Positions 22,669 through 37,100 of a stretch of DNA of 64,000 nt are shown in pieces (the first letter of the stretch is position 1; each line of letters starts with the position of its first letter). A program made the position numbers and the translations under genes. The stretch is from Protoeuglena noctilucae. Its lineage: Eukaryota. Under the pieces are notes generated by a model, which had not been told where the DNA came from, did no database searches, and worked only from the letters and a program-made list of their open reading frames with translations. Where the stretch lies: assembly GCA_958009085.1 (NCBI GenBank), contig OY253683.1:62001-126000 (forward strand), written 5' to 3'.

Positions 22669-25600
22669 TCACTCATCCCCCTCCTCCTCCTCCTCTCCCT
22701 CCTCATCTCCCTCCTCATCGCCCTCGTTGTCGTCATCACCGTCCTCATCAGCCGCGGCGCCGGACCCCAGCACCCCGCTCACGGTCTCCTTCATCCCACG
22801 CACGGCCGCCGCGGTCGCCTCGTGCGCGCGCCTCACGGCGGCGTCCGTGGCCACCTGCGCGCACAACGAGCATCGCCACGATGATCGAGATGATTCAAAA
22901 GTGGTGGTTTTTGAAAGAAACACCACCGCACCCGCCGGCAGTGCTGCGGCGGCGTCTCGTCTGTTACAACACAGCCAGCCATGCGCCCCGCACCTTGAGC
23001 GTCGTCCCGACCGTCAGCGCCCCCTCCCACCCCCTCTCCCGCGCCTCCTCCGCCACCGCCGCCAGTCTCTCCAGGAGCTCCTCTGCCGAGGTGGCCACGA
23101 CCGCCGACCCACGCCCCACGCGCGCGGGGATGTCCAGCAGCCACACATCCTTCATGAGACCGGGCACGGCCGGCAGGAGCAGCGCCATGAAGACCGTGGG
23201 CGCCATGAGGCCCACCATGGGGCCCGACAGGAGCGACTGGGCCCCCATCACCTTCGCAAACTTTTGGAGGGCGGTGTATTCGACGTACGCGGCCCAGGCG
23301 AGGAGAGCCACGGACACGGGGTGCGCAGAGGCCATGAACAGGGCCGGGAGGTACTGCGGGGGCGGCGGGGTGTGCACGTGTCTCGCTCAGCGTCTCTCTC
23401 TTTGAGCGATGTGGGTAGGCGGGGGCTACGACAGGCAGCGAGCGATGGAGAGGAAGGGTCGTTGTGGTATCAGATACCCACAGAGACGGTGCGGAAACAG
23501 CAACAGTAAGTTCCTTGTACCAACGGTGAATTTTGCGAAGTGTCCCGCCAAGACCTCACCAGGTCATGCGCCGGCATCGGCCCCAGCATCCGCCGCACGG
23601 CGCGGATGGCCGCGGGGGTCGCAGGGACCGGGGGGGTGGCCCCGGCGGCCGTCTTCGCATCGCGGGGTGTCTTGGGCTCCTCCGCGGCCGCCGCACCGCG
23701 CCGGCGGCTTGCGGTGCGCTTGGGCTGCACGGCCTGACCGTCGGTGTCAGGCTCGCTCACTGCAGACTTGGAGGCCCCCCGGCGGGGCGCGGAAGCTGCG
23801 GGGAACACCAAGGGCATTGCACCTGTCCGCCAAAGCACCTGCATGCCACCCGCTGCGGCGGGGGTGCTGTGGGTTGCCACGGCCAGGACCGCCCACAATG
23901 GTGTGACGCGGTGCATGCCATGACCATGCGCCACTACAACCAATGCGCCCGCTCACCCGCTCCCTTGCCCGTGGAGTAGGGCGTGAGGACCGCCACGGCC
24001 TCGCGGGTGTCCCGGGCCTGCCGCGCGCGCACGCCCATCTGCGTCCCCCCCAGCGTGAAGGCCGCGAAGGCCACCAGGGCCAGCAGGGCCGTCAGCTGCA
24101 CAAGCAGAGACAGTGGGGAAATCGGTCACATTCTCCATGCAGAGACCACACTTAGGAATGCAATCCGTGAAAGCAGATGCCGGTGCTATGCTGCCCGGGA
24201 CTTCACGATGCACCCCTCTCAACAGGCAGGCGTGCGTGCCCACATCCTGCGCAAGCGTGGTGTTCCATGCAACACCATCTCCCCACCTGCTCGAGCGTCA
24301 TGAGGACCACGTCCGGCAGCACCACGGTGGTGACCTTGCCCTCCAGGTTGCGGTACACGATGCCCCACCAGAAGAGCACCGGGTGCAGGCCCTCAAAGTC
24401 ATCTGTGGGAGAGGAGAGAGACGAGCGAAGCTGCGTCACGCAACTGTGTGCGACATGCTGGGCTGCGGTGGGATGGCGTCTTGAATGCATTCTTGTTGCC
24501 TTTGTCACTCATGCCCGACATGCCGAGCCCCTGCCCCTGCAGGAGCACCGCAGTCGGCACAGCGTAACACCAATTGCCGCGCCACTCATGACACTCACGA
24601 GCGGCGTTGAGGATGGACCCGAATGCCCAGGGCATCATGGCGGCGGCGAGGACGAGGAAGAGCAGGGCGTTGCGGGACGGCGCGACCTGGGCGGCCAGGC
24701 AGAGGCGGTAGGGGATGCCGGCGATGAGGGACCCCACCGTCCACCGGGGGTCACCCAGGATCTGAGAGAAGAAGGGGTGGCGGGCCAGGTGTTATGCAGG
24801 CGAGGTGCTCATACAGGCGAAGATGCTTGTGCAAGCCACGTGCTCATGCTGCGGTGCGACGAGGCTGTGCCCGTCGCAGGGTGGTCGCACAAGTGCCATG
24901 CTCTCTCGAGCCCCAGCACTGCTGGGGCTCTATCGAGAACCGCTACGAGCGATGAGCCGCACCTGGGATTCGGCCGGGAGGTCGGCGCCGGGGATGGTGG
25001 CGCGCGGGGTCAGAGGCGGGCTGACGACGTCGGACTTGCGCGCCTCGCCCGCCGCTCCCGGCCCCGCAGGGGGTGAGCCGTACACGGCCCGCTCCATGAC
25101 CCGCATGAGGGGCGTGGCGGAGACGAGCCAGGGCAGGGCGATGAGGGCCATGGACGCGGCCCATAGGGCAATGGAGATGTAGAAATGCTGGTAGGTGGTC
25201 TTCATGGCGAGGACCAGGCGCTCGGCCCAGGTGTGCCGGATGGGCTCCGTGGACGTGCTCTGCGTGGAGGACGTGTACGTGCCCGGGCGGCGCACCGTGA
25301 GCATGGCGGACGTGGAGGTGTGGCCGTCGCGGTCCGTCATGACGGCCTGGGGGGGCGCGCCGGGGGCAGAGATTGAGCGGCCTATCTCGTGCCTGACTTG
25401 ATACTAGCAGATTGCACTCCTCGGTGTTATAGCCCGCCGACTGGAGGGTCAGCAGCGCGCCTAGGGTGGACAGCCGCCCCACCCCTCGCCCTCGCCTGCA
25501 CGGTCAGGTTGCCCCGGCACCCCGCGATCTCGGCCGTGGGCCACTGCCCGACGAAGAGGTTGGAGTAGGAGCCCGCGTAGGCGAGGCGCAGGCTGCCGCG

Positions 25601-27940
25601 TAGGGTGGACAGGGCCTTGGGGTCCTTGGAGGCCAGGTCATACCCGGGGCACGCCCACTGAAGGGACGCCTCCATGCTCTGGAGCCAGGACTGCGAGGGG
25701 GAGGCGGCAGAGTGGATGCCTGGGCAGAGCGTCGCAATGATGCGGCATATGAGGCGGCAAGTTGCGACTGAGAAAAGTAGCTTGATGCTCTTACTATTGA
25801 TGGCCGTGGCGTCACTCACCATCTGCGCGTCAGGCGTGCCACGCGTGTTGGCCCCGAGGGGCCACGCCAGCACGCGAATCTCCGAAGAGACGGGTTGCGG
25901 GGTGACGGGGGAGTAGCGGGCGTCGGGCGGCGACGCGATCATCACCAGGGCGTTGTCCACCGTCTGCGCACACGACACAGCATGCCCCTCTGTTCTTCAT
26001 TCCATCCCATCGCGACTGCCGCACACCCGACGAGTCGTGGTCAAATCTCCCCCTCCAAGTGTCACACACCTGCGTGTGGTCGAGTCCCTCCACGCGCCCG
26101 TCCCCCTTGTACACCAGGTCCACGTGCTGCACGTGGCCGTGCTGCACCGCCACCACACGGAAGGCGCGGTGGACCTTCCAGTCGGGGGCCATGATGTCGA
26201 AGAAATAGTGCTCTGTGGGTGTGGGGCAGAGAGAATCCCGAATGCGGTAGTGTAATGTTGCTGCCGGCCGCGCCTCGGTCCCACGCGGCAGCAAGGCAGC
26301 ACCCTAGCGCTGTGGAGGTGCACTGGAACACGCAGGAAGCCGCAATCGTATACTCTTAAAACTCACCGACGTCGGGGGTATCGCGGACGGTGAGCCGCCG
26401 GTGGAGGCTGTCGCCCACGTGGCGGTGGAGGTGGCCGGACAGGTACACGCTCACGTCACGCGATGCCAGGAAGCCCTGGGCGCTCGGGCTGCGGCCCATC
26501 GGGGTGACGCACGAGAGCGGGAAGTGCCCGAACGCCACGATGGGCAGCACGTCCTGCAGGCCGTACCGCGTCGCGCGGCTGCACCGCATGGCCTTCAGGC
26601 TCTGGGTGCTGCGGGTGGGGTGGAGTGGTGGAGGCGATGGGCGCGGGGTCAAACAATCGGCGTTCTAGCTACACAAGAGGCCTACGGCAGCATTGCAAGA
26701 CCGCCGGCATGGACGAGTATGGAAGCAGACTGACCCTTTGACCCTCTGTGACGTCACCCACCACCCGCCCCAACAGCACGGCTACCTCCCTGCATCCTAC
26801 CAAGGTCCTCACCGCAGTTCCTCGTCGATCTCTTTCTCCATCTCCGCCGTCAGCTGGCCCCAGGAGGTGAAGGGCGACCGCAGGCCCAGCTCGGGCGAGA
26901 AGTCGACTTGCGTGAGGATGCCGGCGGGGCAACGGATGTTGTCGGCCACGCGCCACTCGGACCCCACGCGCTGCAGGCGCGGCATCAGGTCCACGGACCA
27001 CGCACGCGCCAGGCGCTGGGCCTCGGTCCCCGCACCGTAGACGGCAAAGAGGTCCCCGCCACCCCCGCGAGGGCCCCCGTTGAAGCGGTCGTGGTTGCCG
27101 CGCGTGTCAAGCACGCGGCTGCGGGAAGCGATAATACGAGGAGCGGGTGAAAGGGCCGCGGAGACCAGTTCACCAGCACATTGGCTGGTGGCGTTTGCGA
27201 CTGCTCACATCTTGCCCGCCTCCGTCTGCTGCACGAAATCCTGGTACATCTGCCACTCCTTCTCAGACATCCCGGAGTCGCCCTTGCCCGGCTTGCCCTC
27301 CGTGAGGTCCCCGGAGACGACGACATACGCTGCGGAAAGGGGCATACGCGCATTTAACGCCCATGGCCCAGTGGCTTGCAGAGAGACGCAGCCTCGCGGA
27401 GTCTAAACGCGCTGGAATATCGGAGAAAATGTCGCACTTACTGCATGCAAGATCGGTCCCGGTAGCGCGCCTGGCCGTGGCGGGCCCGCAAAGCTTTTAC
27501 CCGGATGCTTGGCGGGAAACGCGCCGCGCTCGGGCATCGCAGGACGGGAGGCACCGGCGCGATGCATTCCACGAAAGATACCGAGCCCAGGGCGCTCACC
27601 GGGTGCAATGGCGGGCAGGATCTCCTTGCCCCAGTTGAGCAGGTCCGTGTGCCGCGTCTTGTCCCCCCTGCAGTAGTGCTGTGGACCGGGACGGGGGACA
27701 CCGATGCTGTGAGATGAGCGAGAGTGAGCCAATGGAGCGCGCGCTGGCCAACGCGCCGCGGATGCCGCTCCACAGGAACCTGCCTACCTCGCACAGGTGC
27801 AGGTCGCTGACTTGGACGAACCAGGCGAGGACCTCGGTGTCGCCGGAGCCCGGCGACACGTTGGCCGCATTCGCGAGGGTCGCGCCGACGAGGCACAGCG
27901 CCCACAGCCATGCCTGGTGGCGCAGCCAGGCCGCCCGCAT
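22669..27940 (-). CDS. TMEM62-like membrane metallophosphoesterase (calcineurin-like domain plus C-terminal transmembrane region, acidic tail)
   Basis: Signal peptide, then WFVQVSDLH, VSGDLTE, DTRGNHD, FGHFP, YLSGHLH, DWKVHRAFRVVAV. Several hydrophobic TM exons lie at ~25190-23000. Ends in a D/E tract. About 13 exons, one with a GC donor (25495). Confidence 0.8.
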
Positions 27941-28257
27941 CGTCGCCCGACTGGATCCCCGCCGACAGGCTGCCCAACTAGCCCACTAGCCGGCCGGCAA
28001 TTGCAGGCCGATGTGGTGGTCCCTCCGCATCCAGCACCCGCCACCGAGGCTTGCTTTTTGAACTGGCGCCCGAAACCGCGTTTTCCTCCAGCGCTCGACC
28101 GTCCCAACGTGCTTGCCGTGGCATCAGATCCTTCGCCGAGGTGGCACGATACCTGCTTAGCGCTCCGACATCCCAATTCGACTTCAGGGGACTTCGGGCC
28201 CTCGCAGTTCAAAGCTCCGGGCGCTTTCCGCCCACGTGGCGGCGTCTCGGCATTGCC
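27941..28257. promoter_or_regulatory. Short divergent intergenic region (candidate bidirectional promoter)
   Basis: About 317 bp between head-to-head ATGs of the TMEM62-like gene and RPA70. Contains tggcgcccgaaa (~28063-28074), loosely E2F-site-like; this is inference only. Confidence 0.4.
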
Positions 28258-31200
28258 ATGGCGAACTTCATCACTCCCAACTGCATTCCCGTCCTGGCGT
28301 CGAATGAGCAGCACCGCATCCAGGCCACGGTGCAGGTCACAGGTGCGCTGCCGCGTGGGGCGCCTCACCGAGCCTCCTCTGTATCGAGATGAAGCGGGTT
28401 TTGCTTGCGTGTGCCGCGCTGGCGCTCCCTGGGGGTCCCCTGGACTCCCTGGCCGGCTGCACTCGCGTGGGCCGGCCACGCTGAGCTTGCTGGCCCGGCC
28501 GCGGTCCCGAGGCGCCTCCCGCGCTCGCGCTCGCAACGCCGGCCGAATCTTGTATCGTCACTCGCTTGTTGTGGCCACCGCGGTGCTTTCCGGCCGGTTC
28601 AGGGGCTTCCCGGGGCTGCGTGCTCCACGGTCGCAGAGCCTCGCCTCTCAGGAACGAGCGACCTCCTCGTTTGCCACCGCCTTCGCGCTGTGGCGTCCTT
28701 GTGTTCGAATGCGTTCGTTTGGCGCCGCCCTTTGCGCCCGCGCGCCCCCACCGTCGCCGGCCATGAGCACAACTGGGGACGACCGCGCATATGCCCGCAG
28801 ATGTCCGCCTCCTGACCTCCACGTCGGCGGTGAACGGCGTCCAGAACCGCTACAGGCTGGAAATCTCGGACGGCTCCCACACGTGCGTCGCGATGCTCGC
28901 CACCCAGCTCAACCCGCTAGCAGAGGTGCGGACAGCTGGGCGCACCCACGCCCCGCGCCTTCCCGCCCCGCGCCGCCGCCCCCGTGGTTGTTTGCGTTAC
29001 GAAGCTGCCGTTACCAACCCGCGCTGGACGCTCCGGGCCCCGCGGCGCGGCCTTTATCTGCTGCGCTGTGGACGCTGCGCTCCAGAGCTCACCGCCCCGC
29101 CCCGCGCAGAGGGGCGACATCCGCGTCAACTCGATCATCCGCATCAAGGAGTCGTTGACGAGCGACGTGCGCAAGGGCGACGTGGGCAAGAAGTGCAACA
29201 TCGTCATCCTCCTCGACGTCGAGGTCGTCGCCACGAACGCCGCCCTGGTGGGCCGGCCCGAGCCCTACGTGGAGGGCGGCCAGGCCGTCTCCACGCACCA
29301 GGTCCCCGCGCGCGCGCTTGCCTCGCGCTGCCCCGCCGCACCTGGCACCTGGCCTGCGGCTCACGCTTGGGACCATGGTCGTGCCCCCAGCAGGTGTCCC
29401 CGATGGGCCAGCCGGACGCCAAGCGCGCGCGCATCGAGCCGTCCGCCGGCGGTCCCGGCTCCTACGGTGGCCCCGGCGCTTACGGCGCCCCCCCCGCGTC
29501 CTTCGCGTCCCACGGCGCGGTGGTGCGCAACACGGCCGACGCCCGGATCGTGCCCCTCAAGAAGCTCACGCCCTTCCAGAACCGCTGGACGATCAAGGCG
29601 CGCGTTACGTCCAAGCCGGACATGCGCACATTCAGCAACGCCCGCGGCGAGGGCCGGCTCTTCTCCTTCGACCTCACGGACAGCGACGGGGGCGAGGTGC
29701 GTGGGGCTGAGACGCAGTCGCATGCGACGATGAGGGAGGGCAGAGAACGTGCCGCGCGCGCGATTCGAACTTGTTGCGTGGTGCTTACGTGGTCGCATGC
29801 AGTGACGAGGGGGGGCAGCGAACCCGCCGCGTGCGTGATACGAATCCGCTATGCTCTTTGCCTCATCTCAGATCCGCGTGACGGCGTGGAAGGAGACGGC
29901 GGACCGCTTCTTCCCGCTGGTGGAGGTGGGCAAGGTGTACCAGATCTCCAAAGGCCGCCTGCAGCCGGCGCGGAAGCAGTACAACCACCTCAAGCACGAG
30001 TACGAGATTACGCTTGAGAACACCTCCGAGCTGGAGCTGTGCCCGGACGACGGCGCCATCCCCGCCATCAGCTTCAGCTTCGTGCGGATCGAGGAGGTTC
30101 AGGGCAAGGCGGCGGGGGACATGGTGGACGTCATCGGCGTGGTGGAGTCGGTCGACCCGTGGACGGAGATCACGCGCAAGAACACGGGCACGAGCGTGCA
30201 GAAGCGCAGCGTGACGGTGCGCGACGCCTCGAACCACTCGGTCGAGGTCACGCTCTGGGGGCAGCTGGCCACGGGGGACGTGGGGCAGCAGCTTGAGACG
30301 CTCGCGGCCTCGCGGCCCATCCTCGCCGTCAAGGGAGCCAGGCGAGAGGCGGGGGAGGGTAGCGGTTGGGGTTCGCCATTGGGTGTGTGCCGCAGTCGCC
30401 CTCCATGTTAGACCGCACTGACCGCTGCTTTCGGCCGTGTGCTTCGCCAGGCGTTGATGCGTTGATTAGGGAGTGCAATAGCAACATGGCAGGCCACTTG
30501 GCGACGCCGATGCTGACAAGCGTCCGTTTGTCCCTCTCGCAGGGTGGGCGACTTCAACGGCAAGACGCTGTCGACGATCAGCAGCTCGACGGTGCTGGTG
30601 AACCCGGACATCCCCGAGGCCACGGAGGTCAAGCTGTGGTACACCGAGTACGGGTCGACGCAGCAGGCGGCGGCGCTGTCGGGCCGGGGCGGCGGGAACG
30701 ACGAGACGTCCGCCGCCAACGCGGGCAAGCGCCGCTCGACACTGTCGATGATCGCGGACGAGGGCATGGCGCAGGACGGCTCGACGGTGTGGACGTCGGT
30801 GCTGGCGACCGTGCAGTACGTCAAGACTGACAACATGTTCTATCCCGCGTGCACCAACACCCGCAACGGGCGCCAGTGCAACAAGAAGCTCGTCGAGCAG
30901 AACGGCGGCATGTTCTGCGAGACGTGCTCCGTCGTCGTCGAGCCCGAGGTGAGGGATGTGGCATATACCACAGCGCGTGGTGCGAGATGCGCGGCACGGA
31001 TCGCAGCGCCATGCGCGTGTGCCAGCGTCGCACCAGCCCCTCCGTTCCCTCCGCAGTACCGCTACATCGCCAGCATCCAAATCTCGGACTTCACCGGCTG
31101 CCGGTACGTCACGGCCTTCCAGGAGGCGGGCACGGAGGTCTTCGGCATGACCGCCAACGAGATGCACGCCAAGCAGGAGGCCGCGGAGATGGAAGCCGGT

Positions 31201-31748
31201 GAGTGACGGCGCGACTTGGGTGGAATTTTCGAGCTGCTTTGCTGTGCTGTGCTGGGCTGTGCAATGCTTGGCTATGTCGCGCACATCGTTGCTCGTCCCA
31301 CGTACCTCGCTCCCACCCTCAGCCCTCTCACTGTCAGTCACCTCCTGTTCTCGTGACCGCAGTGGCGTCTTCGACCAACTGGACCCACCGCCGCTTCCGC
31401 CTCAAGGTGGCCCAGGACACGTACATGGACGAGGCGCGCATCAAGGTGCAGGTGCAGAGCGTGCACCCGGTCAACTACAAGTACGAGAGCAAGGTGCTGC
31501 TGGACTTCATCGGGCGACTCGAGCGCAGCGAGCCGGTGTTCGTGCGGGAGCCGGGGCAGGCCGCGGGGCAGGGGCGGGGGAGCATCGGACAGTACGGCGG
31601 CAACCAGCGCTACAGCGGGGGCGGCGGCGGCGCCAACGACTTCGGGTACCGGGGCGCGGGCGGGGGCGCCGGCAACGGCAACGGCTACGGCGGGGGTGGC
31701 GTCGGGTACGGGGCTGGCGACGCCGCCGCCTTCGCGTTTGCCGCCTGA
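28258..31748 (+). CDS. RPA1: Replication protein A 70 kDa subunit
   Basis: N-terminal OB (ITPNCI...VQVTD|VRLL...RYRLEISDG...MLATQLN). DBD-A LTPFQNRWTIKARVTSK...GEGRLFSFDL. DBD-B VDVIGVV...VEVTLWG...AVKGAR|VGDFNGKTLS. C4 zinc finger YPAC...CNKKL...FCETC. DBD-C, then a Gly-rich tail. Confidence 0.95.
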
Positions 31749-32188
31749 TGGCTTCATATCCCCCACAGCTGCCGCCATCAGGCAGTGCCGTGCTTGGGCC
31801 ACGCCTGCTCGCCAGTCCTGACTGCCTGCGTCACCATGCATTTGTGCACCGACAGTGGACGCCATGCCCTTTCATGTAGAGTGTCGTATCTACTCATTAC
31901 TAGAGCCTTGGAGCTTTGAAGACACTCGAAGCTATAGAGGCCCTTGCCGGGCTGCCAACAGACCCGCACGCTGCGCCACAGGCAGGATGCAAGGACAGGT
32001 AGCCGCTGCAAGGGGGCAAAGAGGCACAAGGCCTAACTAGGCACACGCTCAGCATGACTGGGAGCCAGCACGGTCCCGCACAAATATAACTCCGTCTGTG
32101 TGGACACCGCAGCGACTCGCGAAGCGATTGTCCCACGCTCCCAGCCCTTGAGCCCGGTCCCGCTCCCAACGTCAAACCCACCATCATG

Positions 32189-33610
32189 CTAAGTCTCCAT
32201 GGCTTCCCCGTGCTCCCCGTTCTCCTGGCCCACGCGGATGCTGCAAATGGCCGAGATCGTTCCAAAGTCAACTCAGCATCACCCATTGGCACGGCCCCAT
32301 TGTCGCCTGGTGCAAAGCCATGAGACCGGACAAGCCGCGAGTGGCCAATCACAACTCGCCTGGCAGGCATCTCCCCCATCCTCAGGGCGCGCTCCAGCTC
32401 CTCGACCTCTTGCACCGTCGTCGCATTCGCAATCTGCGCGCGGCAACCGCACCAGCTCACAACCCACTCCCACAACAGTCGTGCCGTCGCATGTGCACTC
32501 GTGCCACGCAACCCCGCGCGGCCTCACCATCGCCCGCAGTGCCGTCGACTCCTCCGCCGTCAGCGCCCTCTTGCCCCCCGCGGGCTGCGCCTCCCCGCGC
32601 TCCTCCGCCCCCGCCCCCGCCATGTCCTCGTCTGCCGGCGGACCCATCACCTCTGGCACCCCCTCCCCTGGCACAAACTCCCCGTCCACCCTGGCCCCAA
32701 TCTCCCCCTTCTTGTGCAGGTCCTGCGCCAGCTTCCGCTCCCCCTGCCTCACGCGCGCGAAGTCCAGCCACCGCAGCTGCGGCACGGCGTGGATGACGCT
32801 CGATCGGTAGAAGCGCAGCTTGGTGACGGGGTTGTCTATGAGGGAGAGGTGGCGGAGGGACTTGAGCCGGCCCAGCGCCTCCACGTCCTCGATGCGCGAG
32901 ATGCGGTTGTTCGTCAACACCAGCGTCTCCAAGCGGGGCAGGCTGCGCTCGAGGTTGGCGACGCTGATGCGGGAGATGCGGTTGTTGTTCAGCAGGAGCA
33001 TGGACAGACGGGGCAGCGACGGGAAGCCGTCCAGCACGACGATGGCGTTGTCCGTCAGGTCTGCGAGGCACGCGCGTGAGGAGGGTGCATTGCGTGGGGC
33101 GACGGGGACGGGAGCCACCACGCCGCAGGCGCAGCGCGGGCCTCTCTCGCGCCGATAAGGGCTCGGACAGTGAACTAGATGCACAGAGTCGGGGGTAAAG
33201 GCCCCGCGGGTAGCCCTGGCGCGGCCCAGGCGGCTCCACGCTGCGGCCAAGGGATGCAAGGCCCAGCTCCTCACCGATGCAGTCAAACTGGTTCTCTGTG
33301 ACGCCCAAGTTCTCTATGGCCCCAATCTTATTTCCTCGCAAGTCCAGCTCGTACTCCCTGCGGCGGCAGGGCGGCGGAATTCGCCCGAAATCCCCCGGCG
33401 GGCTCGAGCAGGCACCCCGCAGCGCGTGGACGCCCGCCCGGCGCCGAGCCGCCGTGAGCTCAGCGAAGGCACGCGACGCATCCCGTACTCCCCCACGGCT
33501 CGCCTGATCGCGTTCAGGAACTGGGGGGACCGCATGACCAAGTCGGCCGTGAGCCTCCCGAGCAGCCTGGGGCCCAGGCTGGGCACCCGGGCCCCATCTG
33601 TCCCCGCCAT
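32189..33610 (-). CDS. SNRPA1: U2 snRNP protein A'
   Basis: RLTADLVMRSPQFLNAIR|EYELDLRGNKIGAIENLGVTENQFDCI|DLTDNAIVVLDGFPSLPRL...LIDNPV...YRSSVIHAVPQLRWLDF...|IANATTVQEVEELERAL...|IRVGQENGEHGEAMET*. Two of the four introns have GC donors (33503, 32359). Confidence 0.94.
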
Positions 33611-34172
33611 CGTCAATCCCGACAGTCCGCCAGGCTAGCGCCGACGCGCCGGCCCCCCGCGCGCTGTCCAACCCAACGCACACCGCCACGTTCGGAGGGG
33701 TGACCTGCGTGAGCACTGAGGGCGCGCATGCGAGGGGCGCGTGACACGGCAGCGACGTGGAGCCCAGCAGGCCGCGGAAGCGAGGCCGGATCGCCTCGGC
33801 GAAACCCCAGCCGGCGCTGGGCGCCCTGTCGGACCACAGCCCGGCCTCCGTGGGGCGATGCCCGCAGTCACGAGGACACGAATGCATCAGAAACTCACCT
33901 AGTAACGAGCCCCCTGATAGAGGGTCGGTGTTGGCAGCTTCTGGGTGCACCCGGCGTGCGAGAGCGACAGGGGGGTCGTCGGATGCGGTTGAGGTACGCG
34001 GCGTAGTGCGGAGATTGCGCAGCTGTGGCGCTCAGAGGGGGAGGTCGAGGACCGAGTCGGTCCTGCCAGAAGTTTTCTTGCGCGAGCCCGCTCGGCTCAT
34101 ACGCGCCCGGGGCACGGCTTTCCGGGCATTCGGCCCTGTCGAGAGGTGCAGCTGACGATCTCGGGGGCCAGG

Positions 34173-37100
34173 ATGTACGTCATCAAGCGCGACGGGCGGC
34201 AGGAGCCCGTCCACTTCGACAAGATCACCGCGCGCATCACCAAGCTCAGCTACGGGCTGAACCCCGAGTTTTGCGACCCGGTGAGTCCCTCGTGAGGGCG
34301 GCAGGTCGCGTGAGGGCCGCACGCGTCCCTCACCAGCTTCCCGCCCTGCCCGGGTTACGAGCGCCCAGCGCCTTCGCGAGGCCCGCGCGCTCGTCGGTGG
34401 ACGTGGCTGTGCATAAGTTAGACACTTGTCGAACCTCACAACCACCCCGAGCTTCCTTTGCGCCACGCTTTTCAAACTCGTTTGGCAGGGCGCCGAGGAC
34501 AGGCCGCGATGGCCGGGCCGGTCCCTGGCCGCCCAGGCCATCCTGTTCTGTTCATTATGATGATCTTTATCGGCACGCGGCACCTGGGCCCGCGAGGAGC
34601 CACAGGGAGCGCACGCGGGCCCACGCATTGCCGCGTCCCCGCGCCCCGCAGGTCATCGTGGCCCAGAAGGTCTGCACGGGTGTCTATCGCGGCGTCACGA
34701 CCTCCGAGCTCGATGAGCTCGCTGCTGAGACGGCCGCGTCCATGACGGCGACGCACCCGGACTACGCTGTGGTGCGCTGCGCCCTGCCCCTGCGCGCGCC
34801 CGCCCCGCCCGCGCCGCGCCCATAGCCCGGGCTTGCTTATCCATCGCTTTCTTCGATCACACTGCCCGGCTCGGCTGGGAGTCCCGCGCTGGCGCGGGAA
34901 TCCGCTACCTGCCAAAGCTTGGGCAGCGGGGCTCATGTGATGGGGAACGCGCGGCCCCAACTCCATTCACGCCACCTCTTCTCTTGTCCCCGCAGCTCGC
35001 GGCGAGGATCGCCGTGTCTAATCTGCACAAGACGACCCTCAAGTCCTTTTCTGAGACGTGAGTGGCGCGCTGGGCTGTGCGGCGCACTGGCGGCATGATT
35101 CGCGCCGCAGACGGGCGTCCGCGATCGGAGATATTATTCACGCTGCTTGCTGAACGGGGTGCGCTCGTTGCGGCCTCCTCCCGGCGCCCGTCTGTTCGTC
35201 TCGAATCTGCTGCGCTGCTGCCGGAACTGCGTCCCGGGGGCTTCTGGAACCACGCCCGGCGATACCACCTATTCCGTCCTTGTCTTGACTTTGGGGTGCG
35301 GAGCTTTCCCGCTCGTCTGGTGCTTCCGGCGCAGCAGGCTAGGACGTTTGCGCGACGGCGCAGCCAGGCCCCGCCCGCCGCCCATCGCGCCGCTATATTT
35401 TCCCAGGGAGATTGTCCTCGTTTTGTGCAATCCATGCATTGTCCAGACGAGCCCAGAGGCGTCTCCCTCAACGTCTCTTTTCGTTTCACGGTGCCCGACG
35501 GTTCCACGTGTGCACCCCTCTGCCCTCCTGTGCACCCTCGGCCAATGTGCGACGCCTACCAATCCGCGTGACCCCCCTCTCGCAGGGCCAAGATCCTGTA
35601 CACGTACGTCAACCCCAAGAACGGCGAGCCGGCCCCGCTTCTGTCTGAGGAGGTGTACCAGATCATCCAGGACAACGCCCAGCGACTCGACTCGTGCATC
35701 ATCTACGACCGTGACTTCGACTACGACTACTTCGGGTTCAAGGTGCGCGAAAGGCGTTGGTGTTGGTGTTTGGGGCGCCACCGCTCGCGATGTCCCAGCT
35801 GCCACTGCGTGTGGCGATGCAAGGTGCCTTTCCCTTCACGCCGCATCGTCCCTCTGCCGCACATTCCGCAGACTCTGGAGCGTTCCTACCTGCTCCGCGT
35901 GAACGGCAAGGTGGTGGAGCGCCCCCAGCACATGCTGATGCGTGTGGCGGTGGGCATCCACATGCACGACATCGAGAGCGTCATCAAGACCTACCACCTC
36001 ATGTCCGAGCGCTGGTTCACCCACGCCTCGCCGACGCTCTTCAACGCCGGCACGCCCAGGTGTGAGGCCGACGTGACAGGGCATCTGCTTGGATATCGGC
36101 AGCGGTACAGTTGCTAACGTCCACTGCCCTCAGCTGTTGTCACTTGCATTCAGCCGCTGCCGCCTTCCATGTCACTTACCAGCACCACTTCTCCACCCCT
36201 CCCCAGGCCCCAGCTGTCGTCTTGCTTCCTGGTGTGCATGAAGAACGACTCGATCGAGGGCATTTATGACACGCTCAAGGAGTGCGCGTGCATCTCCAAG
36301 TCCGCGGGCGGCATCGGCCTGTCCATCCACAACATCCGCGCGACCAACTCGTACATCCGCGGCACGAACGGCACCTCCAACGGCATCGTGCCCATGCTGA
36401 GGGTCTTTAACGACACGGCGCGGTATGTCGACCAGGGCGGCGGCAAGCGCAAGGGCGCCTTCGCCATCTACCTGGAGCCCTGGCACGCGGACGTCTTCGA
36501 CTGGCTGGACCTGCGCAAGAACCACGGGAAGGAGGAGCAGCGGGCCAGGGACCTGTTCTACGGCCTGTGGACCCCCGACCTCTTCATGGAGCGCGTGGAG
36601 GCCAACGCCGACTGGTCCCTCTTCTGCCCCAACGAGGCGCCCGGCCTCGCGGACTGCTGGGGCGACGCCTTCCGGGATCTCTACGAGCGGTACGAGCGCG
36701 AGGGGCGCGCGCGCAAGGTGGTCAAGGCGCAGCAGCTGTGGTTCGCCATCCTGGAGGCGCAAATTGAGACCGGCAACCCCTACATGCTCTTCAAGGACAG
36801 CTGCAACCGCAAGAGCAACCAGCAGAACCTGGGGACCATCAAGTCGTCCAACCTCTGCACCGAGATCATCGAGTACACCAGCGCCGACGAGACGGCCGTG
36901 TGCAACCTCGCGTCCATCGCGCTGCCCCAGTTCGTCGCCGAGCGCGGCGCGGACGGCGCCAGGCCCGGCGGCCGCAAGCTCATCGGGTCCTTGGACGCTT
37001 CCGGACGTTACTTTGATTTTGACCGCCTGGTGGAGGTGACGGGCCAGGTCACCCGGAACCTCAATAAGATCATCGACATCAACTACTACCCCGTCGAGTC

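Noticed and set aside
22669..23377. Separate small membrane-protein gene
   Set aside because: It has no start of its own and splices in frame (HDL|YLPALF) onto the upstream TMEM62-like exons.
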